Source: Callorhinchus milii (taxonomy: Eukaryota). From it: a DNA stretch of 64,000 nt. The position numbers and the translations under genes are program-made. This document shows positions 32,526-46,600 of this stretch, in pieces. Below the pieces are notes generated by a model. It saw only the letters and a program-made list of their open reading frames with translations. It was not told where the DNA came from and did no database searches. The stretch is taken from NCBI RefSeq assembly GCF_018977255.1, contig NW_024704772.1, positions 2,976,001-3,040,000 of the forward strand, given 5' to 3'. Each line of letters opens with the position of its first letter. The first letter of the stretch is position 1.

Positions 32526-35500
32526 TTACACAGTAACCGGATAGCCGCTGCCATACGTCTGGTACTCGCTCTCGTACATTTTGGGGGTCGACATGATTTC
32601 GGGGACGGGACCCTCCAGCGGGAGGACCCAGGGGGCCGAGAGGGGGCACATCACGTCCTGACGGTGTTTGACGTCCCGGGGCGGCTGGTAAGAGTCCTGG
32701 CAGAGGGTTCTGAGGCCGAAGTTGGGCACCGGGACCAGGCGTGCGGGCAGGCGAGTCAGTCGGGTGGGATTGGGGAACTGCATGGCATCTCGCATTGGCC
32801 AAGTCTCCCGGAGAATCCTCTGGGAATCCTTGGGAAGAGGGTTTTCCTTCAGCCCGTGACCCCAAGCCTTAGGGTAGTCTTCCGTCTGCCAATACGTGGC
32901 AATGTCCTTCTTGGCAACTCCTTCCAGATCCTTCCTGAGTGAGAGACAGAGACACACACACACAGTCACATACATACACACACACACACACATAACACAG
33001 ACAAACAGACATATACACACACACACAGAGAGACACGCAGTCACACATGCAGGTAGAGAGAGAGAGAGACACACATACACACAGAGACACAGAGAGAGAG
33101 AGAGAGAGACACACACACACACAGACACACACAGTGACCATTTCTGGCAACAACCAACACACGCCACCCACCGCGATAACCCTCTCTCCGTCCCGTGGTA
33201 ACTCAGTCACGTGGTAACATGCTCTGGCACGCAGCAAGCGCATCCGATCACGCAGTAACCGGGGGTCAGAGTGAACAGAACAACAACAACAACTTGCATT
33301 TACACCGCGCCCTTCACCTGGGGTAGCGTCCCGGGGCGCTTAACAGTGGCGACCCCGAGCCAGAGGGAGAGGGAGGGGGGTGCGGGAGGGGAGGTGACTG
33401 GAAGCCCGATCAAAAAGGAAGGTCTTTAGGGGGGATTTGAAGGTGCGGATGTCAGGGAGGGAGGGGGCAAGGCCGAGGGATTGGGGGAGAGAGAGCGACA
33501 GAGAGAGATTCTGGGGCGTAGTGTAGTGACTGAAGGCACGGCCGCCGATGGTGGAGCAGAGGGGACGAGCGGAGGCTGGGGGTGGGTGTGCGCAGGCGCG
33601 AAGTGATCGGTGAAAGGATATTGAAATCGATCCGCGTGGGAACAAACAAAGGAGAGGTACCTTTTATATGGGCGGAAATCCTTGGTGGTGACGGACATGT
33701 AGGGCTCGTTCAGACGCAAGACATCCTTATCATTCACGTAGAACTCCTCCCCCGCCCGCCGAGGGTTCTCTGTGCTGGCGATGATGTTCTGTCACAGGGC
33801 AGAGGTTATCAGGGTAGGAAGAGGCCATTCAGCCCCTCGAGCCTGTCCCGCCATCGTATTATACACACACACACTGACCTGTACCTCGTCTCCAATCGCC
33901 CGCCTTTGCCCCCACGTCCCTTCGTTCCTTCAACTCCAAATTAATCCAAATTCAAAATAAATTTGATCAAAAGAAATCAGCTCCAAGGAGACGTCAGCGT
34001 CCCACAAACAATCGTGGATTGAGCGACCAAATTATTATTAATTTGAGGGATTATTAGCCCCGGGAAGCCAATCAATCGATAAGCAACCGTGTTCCTACTT
34101 ACTGTTGGGTAAACAGAGGCGTGTGTGTGTGTGTGGGGTGGAGTAAGGAAACTTGCCTAAGGTTTCGCCCCAACCTGACCCGCCCGGGAACCGAACCCAG
34201 GTCCTCTCGCTCGCCAGGCAAGGGCTCTGACCACAATAATCCCCCAGATAAAATCAACTCATTCAACTGTATTTACCTGAAAGAAACACAGTCACTACAC
34301 TCGACGACTCTTAAGGTTTGAATGCGATAGCTCCTGTATCCAGTGTAAGTGTTGTTACCTTGCTGGGTCCGTTGGTGTGGTGGTTGGCGAGGCCGAAGGG
34401 CTGGGGTCCACCTTCGAAGGCCGTGTGCATGGACTGGGGCAATTGTCCTGCAAACTTGTCCTTCATTTCGCTGGTCTGGTTCCCCATCGCCAACGGGGAT
34501 CCCCAGGAACGGGCTTTCAGCTAACAACACACAGCCAACAACATAAGAACGTAAGGATTCGCCAGATGGAAGAGGACCAAAGTCCATCCAGTTGGCCTTC
34601 CACCATCCCGGCAGTCGCTTTCTCACGTCGAACCTCTCTCCTCCGAATCTCACGCTCCCCACAGACTACCTCTCAGCAGCAATGATATCGTTGTGAGGTT
34701 TAACCGTGGACAGGACAGCGTGGAAGGAGATTTGCTCTGTGTGTACAGCTGCTTTGTGATGCTGGATACAGAGGGAGCTTTACTGTGTCTCTAACCCTGA
34801 CCTGGGAGTGTGGACGCACAGTGTAGAGGGAGCGTTACTGTGTCTCTACCCCTGACCTGGGAGTGTGGACGCACAGTGTGGAGGAGCTTTACTGTGTCTC
34901 TAACCCTGATCTGGGAGTGTGGACGCACAGTGTAGAGGAGCTTAACTGTGTCTCTAACCCTGATCTGGTCGAGTGGAGTGGGGCTCGGGTTCAGCAGTGC
35001 ATGACGACAATTGCAGCATTGATCCCAAGTAGTGACAGACAGACAGACAGACAGACAGACGGTGGGTGGGGGATGTATTCAAGTCTCTCACCTTCTCAGA
35101 CAAGTCCTTGATGTAATGGACCTTCACGAGTGTGGCTCCTTTCTTGTGCTTGGGGTGGTCGAGCACACTGTGCAGGGTCTTGTTGTTGTGCGTGGAGCCT
35201 GTGGTGGTCTCGAAGTGATTGAAGACCTCATCGAAGGAAGAAATCTTGTCCACGACCCTCAGATCGGACCGAAGGGGATCTCTGACCAGCGCCTACACAT
35301 TTCCCGAGAAGCTATTCATTCCCGTTACTCAATCATCTCTTACCACAGCTCATTCCCTCAGTCGTTTTCAGTCAACGCGACTCTCAGTGTAACAGCACTG
35401 ACTGTGAAACGACGACTGACAGCACTGCGTGAGAGACGGCACTGTAATAGAATAAGCCCTGCGTTTGACGCGGCGCCTTATCACGTCTTCGAGACGCCTC

Positions 35501-35962
35501 AAAAGCCCTTCACGGGATCCACTGTAAAGTGAACGGACCGTGGGTTTTGCGAGTTGAAACGAGGCGAAAAAACAACCGCGTTTTTTTTTTAAACGCAAAG
35601 TTAATCGGAAATTTAAAAGCGTCTTGAAAAAGTGCTTCGCGGGGTCCACCGCAAAGCGTAGCGACCGCGCAGTCCGCGGGCGAAACGCGGCAGCCAATGG
35701 CGCACAGCAGCGTGCGTCCCCGCGCAGAGCGACGGTTTGAGCCACTGCATTAACCTTTTTTTTTGTTGAAAATCTCCTGAGCTCAACCGAGGAGGGTTCG
35801 AGCGAGGGAGGGAATGAGGGAGTGAGTGAGGGAGGAAGTGAGTTAGAGAGGCTGTCAGGCACTTACTCTGAAGTCAGACGGAGGGAAGTATCTCGCTGGG
35901 GTGTAGCGCAGCCCGACTCCCGAGCTGGTTAAGGGTAGATCTTGCCTCCTTTCTGCTGCCAT
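32526..35962 (-). CDS. 5-exon, 331-aa protein; probable SAXO3-like axonemal microtubule-stabilising protein
   Basis: Exons 35962-35867 (MAAERRQDLPLTSSGVGLRYTPARYFPPSDFR), 35292-35092, 34520-34359, 33788-33661 and 32934-32526 (...DIATYWQTEDYPKAWGHG...KMYESEYQTYGSGYPVTV*) splice in frame at GT-AG sites. It has short Mn-like motifs (FETTTGSTH, TSEMKDKF, SVTTKDF, TLCQDSY, YESEY) and an RFX box upstream. Human SAXO3 lies next to LHB. The name rests on synteny and motif style, not on an alignment. Confidence 0.75.
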
Positions 35963-36067
35963 GGTCCGCGAAGGTCTGACCACTTTTGCAGAGGGTTTAG
36001 GGGTACAAACCCTGGAGTCTGTTTCATCTCCTCCACCCCATCCCTCACTCCCTCACTCACTGCCTCC

Positions 36068-36093
36068 TGTTTGTTTACAGTTTCCATGGGAAC
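36068..36093. promoter_or_regulatory. Forkhead (FOXJ1-type) TGTTTAC adjacent to the RFX X-box GTTTCCATGGGAAC
   Basis: TGTTTGTTTAC at 36068-36078 and a near-palindromic X-box at 36080-36093, about 120 bp upstream of the SAXO3-like ATG. Confidence 0.75.
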
Positions 36094-37037
36094 AGAGAGC
36101 AGTGTAACACTGTCCTGACTTGTGTAAAGACACACACACACACACACACACCTCTCACTGTCTAACCAGCAGATCAACCCCCACCGGATGTGATTTAAAG
36201 CGCCCGCAAACGTTACACCGGTTACCCGGGACGTTGACCGCCAAGCGCTCCGGGCGGCGACGTCAATGCGACGCGTTGTCGGTGCGGATAACCAGGAGCG
36301 GCCGAAGAGCCACATTGACCCGATAACGCAAGTAGACGAGACCTATTAACTTCCAAACTTTACCGCGCTTGCTCCTTCCCCACCGCGGGTTTCTCACGCC
36401 ACACGCAGGCACGAACGGCTCCCCTCTCCCCCCTCCCGCCCCGGTCAACGCTCGCCTCAGAGCGGCGAAAGTGATCCAGGCAGACCCGGAGTGCGCAGGA
36501 ACCATCCCCGACACCAGTCAAGTCAGTGACTTGCTTCGGTGAGCGACGGAGAAACGGTACATAAAACAACTTGCCGTTGGTAGTCCGGCGCCGTCACGGC
36601 GAGGCAGGTGGAACACGCGGTAAGGCTCCGCATCAAATGCAAGGATTATTATTATTATTATTATTATTGCCAGAAAGATGAATCAGCCATTTTGTTTGGG
36701 GTGCTGGCAGCCACCGCCGCACTGCGAGGGTAACTCCCTTCACTTCTCGAACGGGTGGCAGCGATCTTTTAACGTCCACCCAACAGGCAGACGGGACCTC
36801 AGTGTGTAACAATAATCCTTGCAGTTGATTGAGTGCCTCACCCCGTCACAGCGCTTCACAGGATACTCTCCAGGCTGTATTTTGTGGGCAGCGTCCAGTC
36901 ACCCAGCCCCCACCACTGCGCCGGGTTGGGGGGAGTGCAGTTGGAGCCGAGGCGGGCAAGCTTAGCGCTGGCCCTCGGAGCAGATCAGACGCACACACAC
37001 GCACTCACACACGGCAGAAGTGCTAACACATTGAAAT

Positions 37038-37043
37038 TTTATT
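37038..37043 (-). terminator. Candidate poly(A) signal of SNRNP70
   Basis: AATAAA on the minus strand about 640 nt after the stop codon, followed by GT-rich sequence. Confidence 0.6.
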
Positions 37044-37683
37044 TGTAGACGAAAGAAAGAGCTCCATCAGACTCTCCAATGGCGGCCGGGACAGAACTTT
37101 GGGGTGAATTGTCCAGTTTGGGGGTCTTGCTAACTCGAGTCCAACTCACAGACTGCTCTGGCTCTGTCACAGCCCTGGGCTAAGACGCATTTTTTTTTTA
37201 AAAAAACGACACCAAATGCAACCAACGCACCCCATTTCCCGAGAAATGCTTGCACTGGCTGGTCGGTCAGTCGGCCGACAGACAGGGGAATCTGATGGCT
37301 TTAAAATCGGGCTGATTTGATTGTGCATTTAGACCAGAAAAGGAACTGCGACATTTACCGACTGAGCTTTACCGAAGGCTCGGGGAGGACCGGGAGGGGG
37401 GGAAGAGGAGAGGGGGGAAGAGGAGGGGGGGGGAAAGAACCAAAGAGAAGGAACCAACCAACTCCTACACGGTCCGCTAAAAAACTTACCCACCTTTAAG
37501 AAAAGCCACGAGGAAGGAAAGGAGCTCGTGCTGAAAACCTGCCTCAACTACAGCTTAAAAACCAGCAAACGAACAAACGAAAAAAAAAAACAAAGAGGTG
37601 GCGATTGCTGGCACAACGGGACGGGGCGGGCGAGGGAGAGAAAATTGGTCCAATTACAAAGTTCGGCTGAGCGCCTCATGGCC

Positions 37684-40600
37684 TCAATAGCCCTCCATGG
37701 GCGGCTCCATCGGGTATCCGTTTTCCACCGACAGGAATCCATCGCCAGACTGCAGTGACTCCTGGTCCAGGAAGGTGTCCTGGCTGGTCTCCTCGAGCTG
37801 CTCAGGCATCCCATTATCCTGTAGTTTGTCGGCCTCCTTGTTCCTGTCTCTCTCCCGGTCCCTGTCCCTGTCTCGCTTGTGATCTCTGTCCCTGTCTCTC
37901 CTGCGGTCCCTCTCCCTCTCCTTATCCCTGTCCCTGTGACTGCGCCTCCGTTCTCTATCCCTGTCCCTATCCCTGTCCTTATCCCTGTCCTTGTCTCGGT
38001 CGCGCTCTCTATCCCTATCCCCGCGCTCTCGCACCTTCTCCTCTGGCTCGGGCTTACAATCGATGGGATCCAAGGCGATATCCAAGGGGGGCACGTCATT
38101 GTGGGGCCCGTCACCGCCCTCGGGCTGCTCCATATCCAGCCGCTCCTCCTTGGGGATCTTCTCCCGGTCTCCTCGCTCCCGGTCTCTCTTCCGCTCGCGA
38201 CTGCGGCTGCGGCGTTTGCGTTCCCGCTCCGGCCCCTTCTCCTTCTCCCGGCTGCGCTCGCGGCTGCCCCGGGCCTTCCTCTCCTCTTTCTCCCGGCTGC
38301 GGGATCGGACCCGGCGACGTTCCCGGGACCGGCTCCTGCGACGCTCGGTGCGCTCTTTGTCTCTCTCGCGACTGCGCTCACTGCACTCACGCCGGTCTCT
38401 GTCTCGCTCACGGTCTCGATCCCTGTAAGACGGGGACACAAATAAAGTCGCATGATTGAGGCAGTGCCAGACAGCAACTTACTGCTGACTGAGCTACAGG
38501 ACGGTGGTAGGACTCCACCACCGCCCCACACCCACCCACAAGTGCCATGGAGAAGAATAAACTTGCAGAGCTACGGGACAACAGTGGGAGAGTGGGACTA
38601 GTCGGTAATACTTTCAAAAAGCCAGCACAGGCTCGATGGGCCGAATGGCCTCCTGTACCCGTCACCCCCACCTCACCCGACTCCACTGGCTTCCCATCAC
38701 ACAGAGGATAATAATAATAATAATAATAATAATCCTTGCATTTGATATAGCGCTTTTCACGTCGGGAGGACGTCCCAAAGCGCTTCACAGAACACACTGT
38801 AAAGTGAATTGACTGTATATTTGTGGGCGAACGCGGCAGCCAATTGCGCACAGCAATGTCCCACAAACAGTTGTAGATTGAAAATGACCGATTTATTATT
38901 GTTTTGTTTTGGAGGAATTATTATTAGGCTCTGTGTGGAGTAAGGAAACTTGCCCAAGGTTTGGCCCTCTACCTGGAATTGAACTCGGGTCTCTCGCTTG
39001 CAAAGCGAGTGCTCTAACCACTGAGCTACAGGACTCCAAGTTCAAGGATACAGTTCAAGAACCTGGTCCTCACTTCCAAAGCCCTCCATGGTCTTGCTTC
39101 CCCCTAACTCTGTGATCTCCTAATCCCCAACCAACCTGCCCGCTCCCGCCCTCAGCGGGCTCCGGCCTGCTTCACATCCCCACCGCCTCACCGATGCCTT
39201 CTGCCATTCTGCCCCTACCCTCTGGAATTCCATCCCACAGTCCCAGGGATCTTCACTTTTACTACAGTGGGAACCTCTAGCTCAATGGCACAAGGTGCTA
39301 CGAGGCTGTTGACAATCCGAGCTCCATCAACACACACGCCCGTCCACACGTCCTTAAGTGGCGCGTTCACAAAAAAAGAAAGTGTCTCACCTCTCGTCAT
39401 ACCGGGGAGCGTCATCACGACCCGAGTGTTTGATATTAACGTCAGCACCGCCCCTGCGAGTGCCTCCAAGCCCTCCACCTGTGGACAATTCACAACTAAC
39501 TTCAACGTGTGCTCAGCAAGAGCAGAGCTTACTGCCGTCTCCGCCACTTGCCGGGCTGGTGGGGTGATGCCGTGACTTATCATAACTAGACTCAACAGCG
39601 CTTGATGTGTCAGTTGCCGTGACTAGACTCGCCAGTGCTCAATGGCAAGAGGATCTTCAATTGAGGTGACGTTGACTTTCTTTGGAAGCAGTGATAAAAT
39701 TACTGTTCATCTGGTAATGGAATGCTGGATATTATAAGTGAAATCAGGAGGCAGTTTTGTTAGGTCAGGGGATATGGCAAAGATGGGCAATTGGAGTTGA
39801 GGTACAGACCAGTCATGATCTTATAGAATGGCAGAACAGGTCTTGAGGAGCTGAATGGCCTCCTCCTGCTCTTATGTTTCTATAGCACAGCAAGCAAGTT
39901 CATGGAGTCTAAACCGGTGACTGATCAACCACAGGAAGAAGCCCGACATCTTAATCGGAACTGGCCCAACTGTGAAAACAGTGTAGACGTCAGTGCATGT
40001 GCGTTTTTTGCTAAAATCAAGTGTTTGTGAGCTCATTGCTGTTAACTGTGTTCGATGAATACAGGAACCAATACACCCCCACTGTCTGAAATCCCAGGAT
40101 TTATACTCGAGTCCAGGCATTAGTGTTCAATGTATTCACTCGTGCAATGAGGATATCACAGCCGAGCCTGACCCGATGCTCACCCAACACAGCTCAGGCT
40201 GATTTTCTCTCTCCCCCCACACCAACCCAGGGGTTTGGAGATGACCGATATGCCCGACTGAGTAGAGGCTTCAATCTTACCAAGTCTCCTTGGGCGCCAG
40301 CCCTTGACAGTGCGGCCTCTCTCCACATCCACAAGAACTCTTCTTCCGTCGATCTTCTTACCATCTGCGTGTTTGTATGCAGCTGCAACAGAGCGTGCCA
40401 GGAACAGCAACTGCAAGTCAGTGAGTGTGGCCACGGAAAATCCCCCCACCCAGACCCACCCACTTATACAATGCCACAGTGCATGCAGAAACCAAACCTT
40501 TGGGGGGGGGGGGGGGGGAAGAAGAATGGTCTTTTTCGCCTCAAGCTCTTTAATGACATACAAGAACCAGGGCAGGATCCTCTTTGCCCCAATAACGCTT

Positions 40601-43600
40601 GGGAGAATCTGCCGTGGACCTTGTGTTGATTTACCACTAAACTCCAGACATTGGCTCTTTGCAACAAAGAGACAAGACAATATAACTGGGGTGTGGGGGG
40701 GGGGGGGGGGGGAAGAGAGAGAGAGCAAAAAACAGCCCAGATTGCTGCAACACCATTGGAACTTATCCTGGAAAGGAAAAATCTGTTAGAACAATCAATT
40801 TCATTCCTCACTCACTCGAGCGACACACACCCCCTAGACAGCCATGGGCCGCTCGATTGGAGAGGGGGAAGGGGAAGGCCCAGAAACTAACAGAAACACA
40901 AATTCCCTCAGTTCCCAGCTGAGGGATCTTCATAGCAACGGGAGGTGAGTGGGTGGGGGGGGGGGAGGGGAGAGAGAATCCACACACGTAGCTGGTAAGC
41001 TGACATTTAAATGGGGGCCATTATATCAAGTTGCACTTCAATGGACATCCAGCCAGGAACAGGATACGGCACTCACTGAGCTGTTAACCCAGGAGGAAAG
41101 GAAGGCAAAGTCCAGCGAGACCCAGGGTTACGCTTACCCGATGAAGGGTGCAGTATGACTGGAGCAGTTGCAGGCCAAGCTCTAACAGGATGGCTCAGGG
41201 CCCACATACCAGCATTTAAGACTGCAAACGCTACAAATGCTGGACAGCCAGGGTATGTTTATCACAGCATGGCAGAGAGGGGCAGGACGCTTACAAAAGC
41301 ACCACCGATGGGGTGGGGGTTTAAACCGTGAAAGGGGTTTAGAAGGGTGTTCCGTTGTAATGAAGATCTTTAACCCACATGTTTGTGTTTCCCCACTCAA
41401 TGGCCCTTACCTGGAACCATTTCAAGTGAGACGTCTAAAAAAAAATCAGGTGCTTAAACAAGGAAACAGTAACCATGCACATTTCAAACCAGGCCCCTTT
41501 GCCCAGTTCCGTACCCACCCAACAAAAGCACAGCTCTCCCACTTAGCTCTCGGGTAGGTTTAAACTAACCGGTTCCTTGACCCGAAATGCCGATTTTGAT
41601 CGAATTCAATTTGTTTTTATAGGGGGGGGTGGGGAAAAAAAAACGAAAGAAAACGCTGAAGTTCGTCTTTCGTGGAAAAGAGATTAACGTCAGTCGAAAA
41701 GCTTGACGTCAAATAATTTAAGACGGACGCCAGGGCTAATTTGGTATTTTTTGGTGTGGCAATTTTCATTCATTTGCATCTTTGACATCGAGATGCAGGT
41801 AAACTAACAGGGCCAGGGTTAGAAAGCCCCCCCGGTTTTAAGACTTATCCATCCGCTATACACCACCAAGAGTAAGAAAAATGAATTAAAAACAGGAATT
41901 GGAGGAGGAAGGACAAAGAGGAAAATAAAATGATATAAAGCACTACACAACAGCACCACTAACAAAAGAAAAAAGATTTTACCTGGAAGTTTACTTACAA
42001 ACTGCAACTTAGCCCCCTGCACTCATGAAAAGCGGACGCGCTATCTTGCCAACAGATGATACAATGTTCAGTGTTTCGACTTCCACTGTGTTTAACTTGC
42101 TGCTGCTGAGGATCATTACCCTTTACTTACTGCACCTTACCTGCTTTCAGCAGCTTCGGTTTTTGTTTAACAGTGCTCTATGTTGATTACTTTAACAAGC
42201 ACCATCGGGAAGATTTAGATTCACTGGCTCGGAGATGTCTGTCTGTCTATCTGTCTGACTGACCAGGTAGCGGCTTTTTTTTTTTCCTTTCTCTCTCCTC
42301 TTTCAGATCTACTCTGGGCTAACTAAACACTGCCACTTGAATGTTCAAAGAGCACCGAGGACTGAGCTAGAAAAATCCACACCAGGAACAAAATGAAACA
42401 AACAAACAAACAAACAGCCTTGTATGTCGATGAGAAGCGATCTCCTCAAAACACTCACTTGGGAGGGGAGCGTCACTGGATTCAGTTGCTTTTGTACAAT
42501 CAGAATTTAAAGTCTTTCGGGCCCAGAAACGAGAACAAAACACCGCCACTTTAAGAATAGAACATGATTTGATTTCTCAAGTGCAGCAGCTACTTATAGC
42601 AGAAAGAAGCAAGACCGCACGCACACCCTTTGTGCACAGCTAGAGGTAAAGAGGAAGTCGGTCAACTAACGGAATCCAGACATTTCACACGTAGAACGGC
42701 TACAGCCACCAGCTCCGAGGGAATTAGATGGTAACCCGGACGCCAGTACGTAGATGCAAGCCGAGCCAGTTTGAGATACGCTAACAATCGAACAATCACG
42801 GTGGGAAAGGGCCAAGTTTTTTTTGTGGGGGTGGGGGGCGAAAATCGCAAGCAAAAGCCGCAACTAGTGTAGAATGCGCTGCCAGAGGAAACAAACAGCC
42901 TAGATAAATCAGACGTCTCTTTAAAGAGGGGGATCTCACGATCAGGGCCCCGCTCTCTCCCTCTCCCGACCAGGAGCAAGATTAATCCGATCTCTCTCCC
43001 CCAATATCTGTCCATTGAATTTCTCGCACGAACCCCAAAATATTTGCTGGAGGAGCCGTCAATACCAGACCGAGCCTTGTAGCAGCCATTCAGTACGTGG
43101 CAACTCCCTGGCCCCGTGCCCCCCCACCCCATCAGGCTCAGTCACTCCTCCCCTCCCCAGCCCCCTTTTACAGAAAGTTCCAGAATGCGGGAGCGAAGAT
43201 GATGAGAATCCCTCTTTAAAGGAAGCTGCTCTTTGAACATTCAATTTAGCCGTGTGTGAAAAATCCAACAGAAGACAGACATTTCCCTTAAATGGTTCTT
43301 AAATCAAAGTGAAACGTTTTAACCGTTAAAATACCCAGTTTTTACCAATGCAGCTCTCGCTTCTGTGTCTCACAAGCTCCACCTGCTTGGAGTACAAAGG
43401 CCTCCACGATGTAGACAGGACATTCCTCCACATCAGCTTACCTGAGCGGTTGTATAATTTACCTGATAGCAAGTCTCTGAACAAGCTTTTGCTTTTTTTT
43501 TTTAAAAAAAATTTCTCTTTCCATTGTAACCATTTTTTGAGAAGAGTTTAAATGATCAGAACATATGCTGAGCATCAGAATCTCCTTTTCAAAGGCCTAG

Positions 43601-46600
43601 GTTTAAGCGACAGAAAATAGAGGGAAGAGGACATGGGGTGGGTGGTTGTGGGAGGGGGCATGCGGAGAATTTTGTGCGGTAGGAAGGCACCATGACTCAC
43701 ATAGCAAGGCTGCTTGCTGACAGCTGTGGGGTCGAATGCCGGCACACCTGGAATAAGAACTCCACGTTTTCACTAACTGAATGAGGTGGAACATAACTGT
43801 GCGAGTGCCTGTGACAACAAGTGTGAGTGCCTGTGTCTCAGTAAGTATCTGTGCCTGTTGGTGGTGCTTCACATTGGATGGTACAATTATCCTGTAAGCT
43901 ATGAAAGGTGGCAGAGTGTGGAGAAGTCACAGCCTGGCAACACTGCTCACAGCCAGCAAAGCGCAAAGCACACAGAGCCAACAACACGACAGACGTACTG
44001 CACTGACTTGTAGGCCGATGAAAGGAGATATTGCTGCTCTCAATGTTCAAGCTGTAGCATCTGGTATGAAACGATGCCTGGATGATTTTTTTTTTTTGTC
44101 CGTCAAAAAATGGATCGTTTTGTGGCTAAACCACCAGCAACGGGATTTCGTGTGGGTTTTTTTCCCACACTATTAAGTTTCACAGTGAAAGGGGGTGGGG
44201 GGGCGGTGGGGTCAGGATCGTTTAGGATTGATTGTGCACCAGAGATTGGAATGATTGAGAATCAGGTTTTAACAGTGATTCAGAATTTAAAAGCTTTCAT
44301 GTACATTATAACTTGTCAAACAGTTATACTGTATAGAATGTAAATCGGAAAAGTGTATGGATGGTGGTGAGTTTTAGCCAATATTTGGATGTGGAAATTT
44401 TAGCTTTAACTTCAAACTGGGAAGCCGGATTTACTGTATTTAAGGGACTGGCTTCCATAGAACGTCTTAAGTTATCGAAATGTTTAGCTTCAGGTGGAAC
44501 TGAATTGCCGATGTTTATGTGCCTGCACTTCAACCTCGAGTTAGCTTTCCTTCGCCGAGGCAGTAGCCCCTGGAAACCCCTCCCAGCCTCACTACTTTAC
44601 CTGCCAAACACATTGCTGTAAGCCCCTTCAAGTTCCTGAGGAAAGTGAATCTCCAGGTGTTAGGAAGTGCAACTACACTGGGGTGGAGTTCCTACCTTGG
44701 GAACGTGTACAATCACACAGCTCCGATCCAAACTGGGTGAAGCTTTAACGTGCTTTAACATGCAGGTTAATTCAAGCTGGTGTCACCAGACCTAAGAATC
44801 TCCTAACAGCAGCCCCTGATGTAACTGCACATCAAGCACTGTCCCGGTCACATTTTTGACCAGATTCCATTTCCTACTCCCACTTGCGAAATGGTGGCAG
44901 ATCGAGGTGGGCCAGGGTTGGTGGGACAGAAAAAGAATGGGTTTGAGGGGTTATTTAGAAGGAGAGAGAAAAACAAACAGGTGGCAGAGAGATTAGGTTC
45001 AATGGAATAAAAGTTAACTTAAAAGTTGGAAATAGAAAATAGAAGAACAAGTAGAAGCATTTATTGAATGGAGCTGTAGTTTATCAACAGGAACAGTAGT
45101 TTTATCACAGTTTAGAGATTAGTTTCCCAGGATCTACTGATAGTCTGAAGTTTTTTTTTCTACATCTACTGCTTTTTACACTCGGCCTTATGTTTCTCAT
45201 ACAATGTGTTAATCTGATCTGTCTCGACTTCAAACAGCCTCTGAAAGCTAACTGTGCACAAAAGCTGGGTCAAACTCTGAGGGAATCCCTAGTGTTCGAT
45301 ACAACAATACGTAGCTAAATAAGTGTCATTCACTGTTGTCGTAATTCTTTCCCAGTAAGCATGCACCGACTGCAGTCCAGTGCATCTAGCTCGTTAATTA
45401 GAAATTTGTGGATGTGGAAGAAAACAAAAATCAGAAATCCTATAAAGGTGACAAACTGCCAACGGCAACCTTTTGAAAATACTAACAAGTTTAGGATAGA
45501 GCTGAGAGGCAAGTTGCCAGGCATGCTGATTTAACCCCTGCACACTTGTAAACCTCCAGACTACTTTCAGCTCAGGAAGTTAGAAGGGCTACAGAAAAGA
45601 TGCTGGCAGTCACTGCTCTGCATTTCCAACTAGATAAGACGCTGCACATCTAACTTTCACCTCACAAATCTACAAGCTGTAAGTTGCTCTACTACTGGGT
45701 TTCCAACTGGTGAATGCCTCACAACCTAACACAACTGAGAGTAAGAGCAAAATGGTAACTGAGTATAAGCACACGGGGTATTAATGCATGCACACAGTGC
45801 CTGTATCAGCAGTGCATTATGCTGGCTAACTCCAGGAGATAAACGCCTACACATATCTTTTCTAGACCTTCTCCAGTTTCCTGAAGGGCACAACTCCACC
45901 TCACTTCTCCCCAAGACCCTACAGACTCCTGTAAATGGCTCCCATACAGAAAAGTAAAGCAGAGGCAAGAGGTCTGATGCATTAGGATAAAATCTTTGAA
46001 AGATAACCTGATCTATTTAAATTAATCTTCTAGTTCTCAGGGTGAGAAGTACAGTGGAGCCATCTCCGTCTCCAGGACTGCTTCTACTCTGCCTTGCTAG
46101 CTTCCAAACCTCATGCTCACCAACTCCGTGCACCCGAGTGCCACAAACGCACTGGAATTAAAGAATTGCCCCAAATGGAACCATAAAGACCCAGGTTCGA
46201 TTCACAGACTATACTAAACAAGCTGACTGCAGGAGGGTGGCAAATGGCCTTAAGACCTTGGGCTTTTTGAACATTTTAAACAAAAATCGGGTAGATTGCA
46301 ACTCTGTGCTGGGAAATCCACCTACGTGGACACGGTGGGGTTTGGCAGGGGTGCTCTCAATAGTTGAACAGGTTGCCAACGTACACTCTGTTCCCAGGCG
46401 CAAATTTGGAAATCACGGACAAATTGCATTCAATTGTGCGTAAAATTGGGCTTGCAAAAGTTTGAAAACAATCCTCACGTGCACATTCATAGGTTTGTTC
46501 AAACACTTGGGAGTGTGCAAGGCAGCCGAGGCATCAGATACCCCAGTTTCTGGGGCCTCTTGCGCATTGGCAGTGTAACAGATATGGCCCCATCTGTCTG

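Noticed and set aside
37548-38531. Overlapping 327-, 234-, 188- and 145-aa ORFs
   Set aside because: Alternative-frame or antisense shadows of the repetitive SNRNP70 last exon.
42050-42112. Possible C/D-box snoRNA (ATGAT...CTGA) on the plus strand
   Set aside because: The C box is imperfect, it is antisense to the host transcript and there is no terminal stem. The region is better explained by the exon 7a donor cluster.
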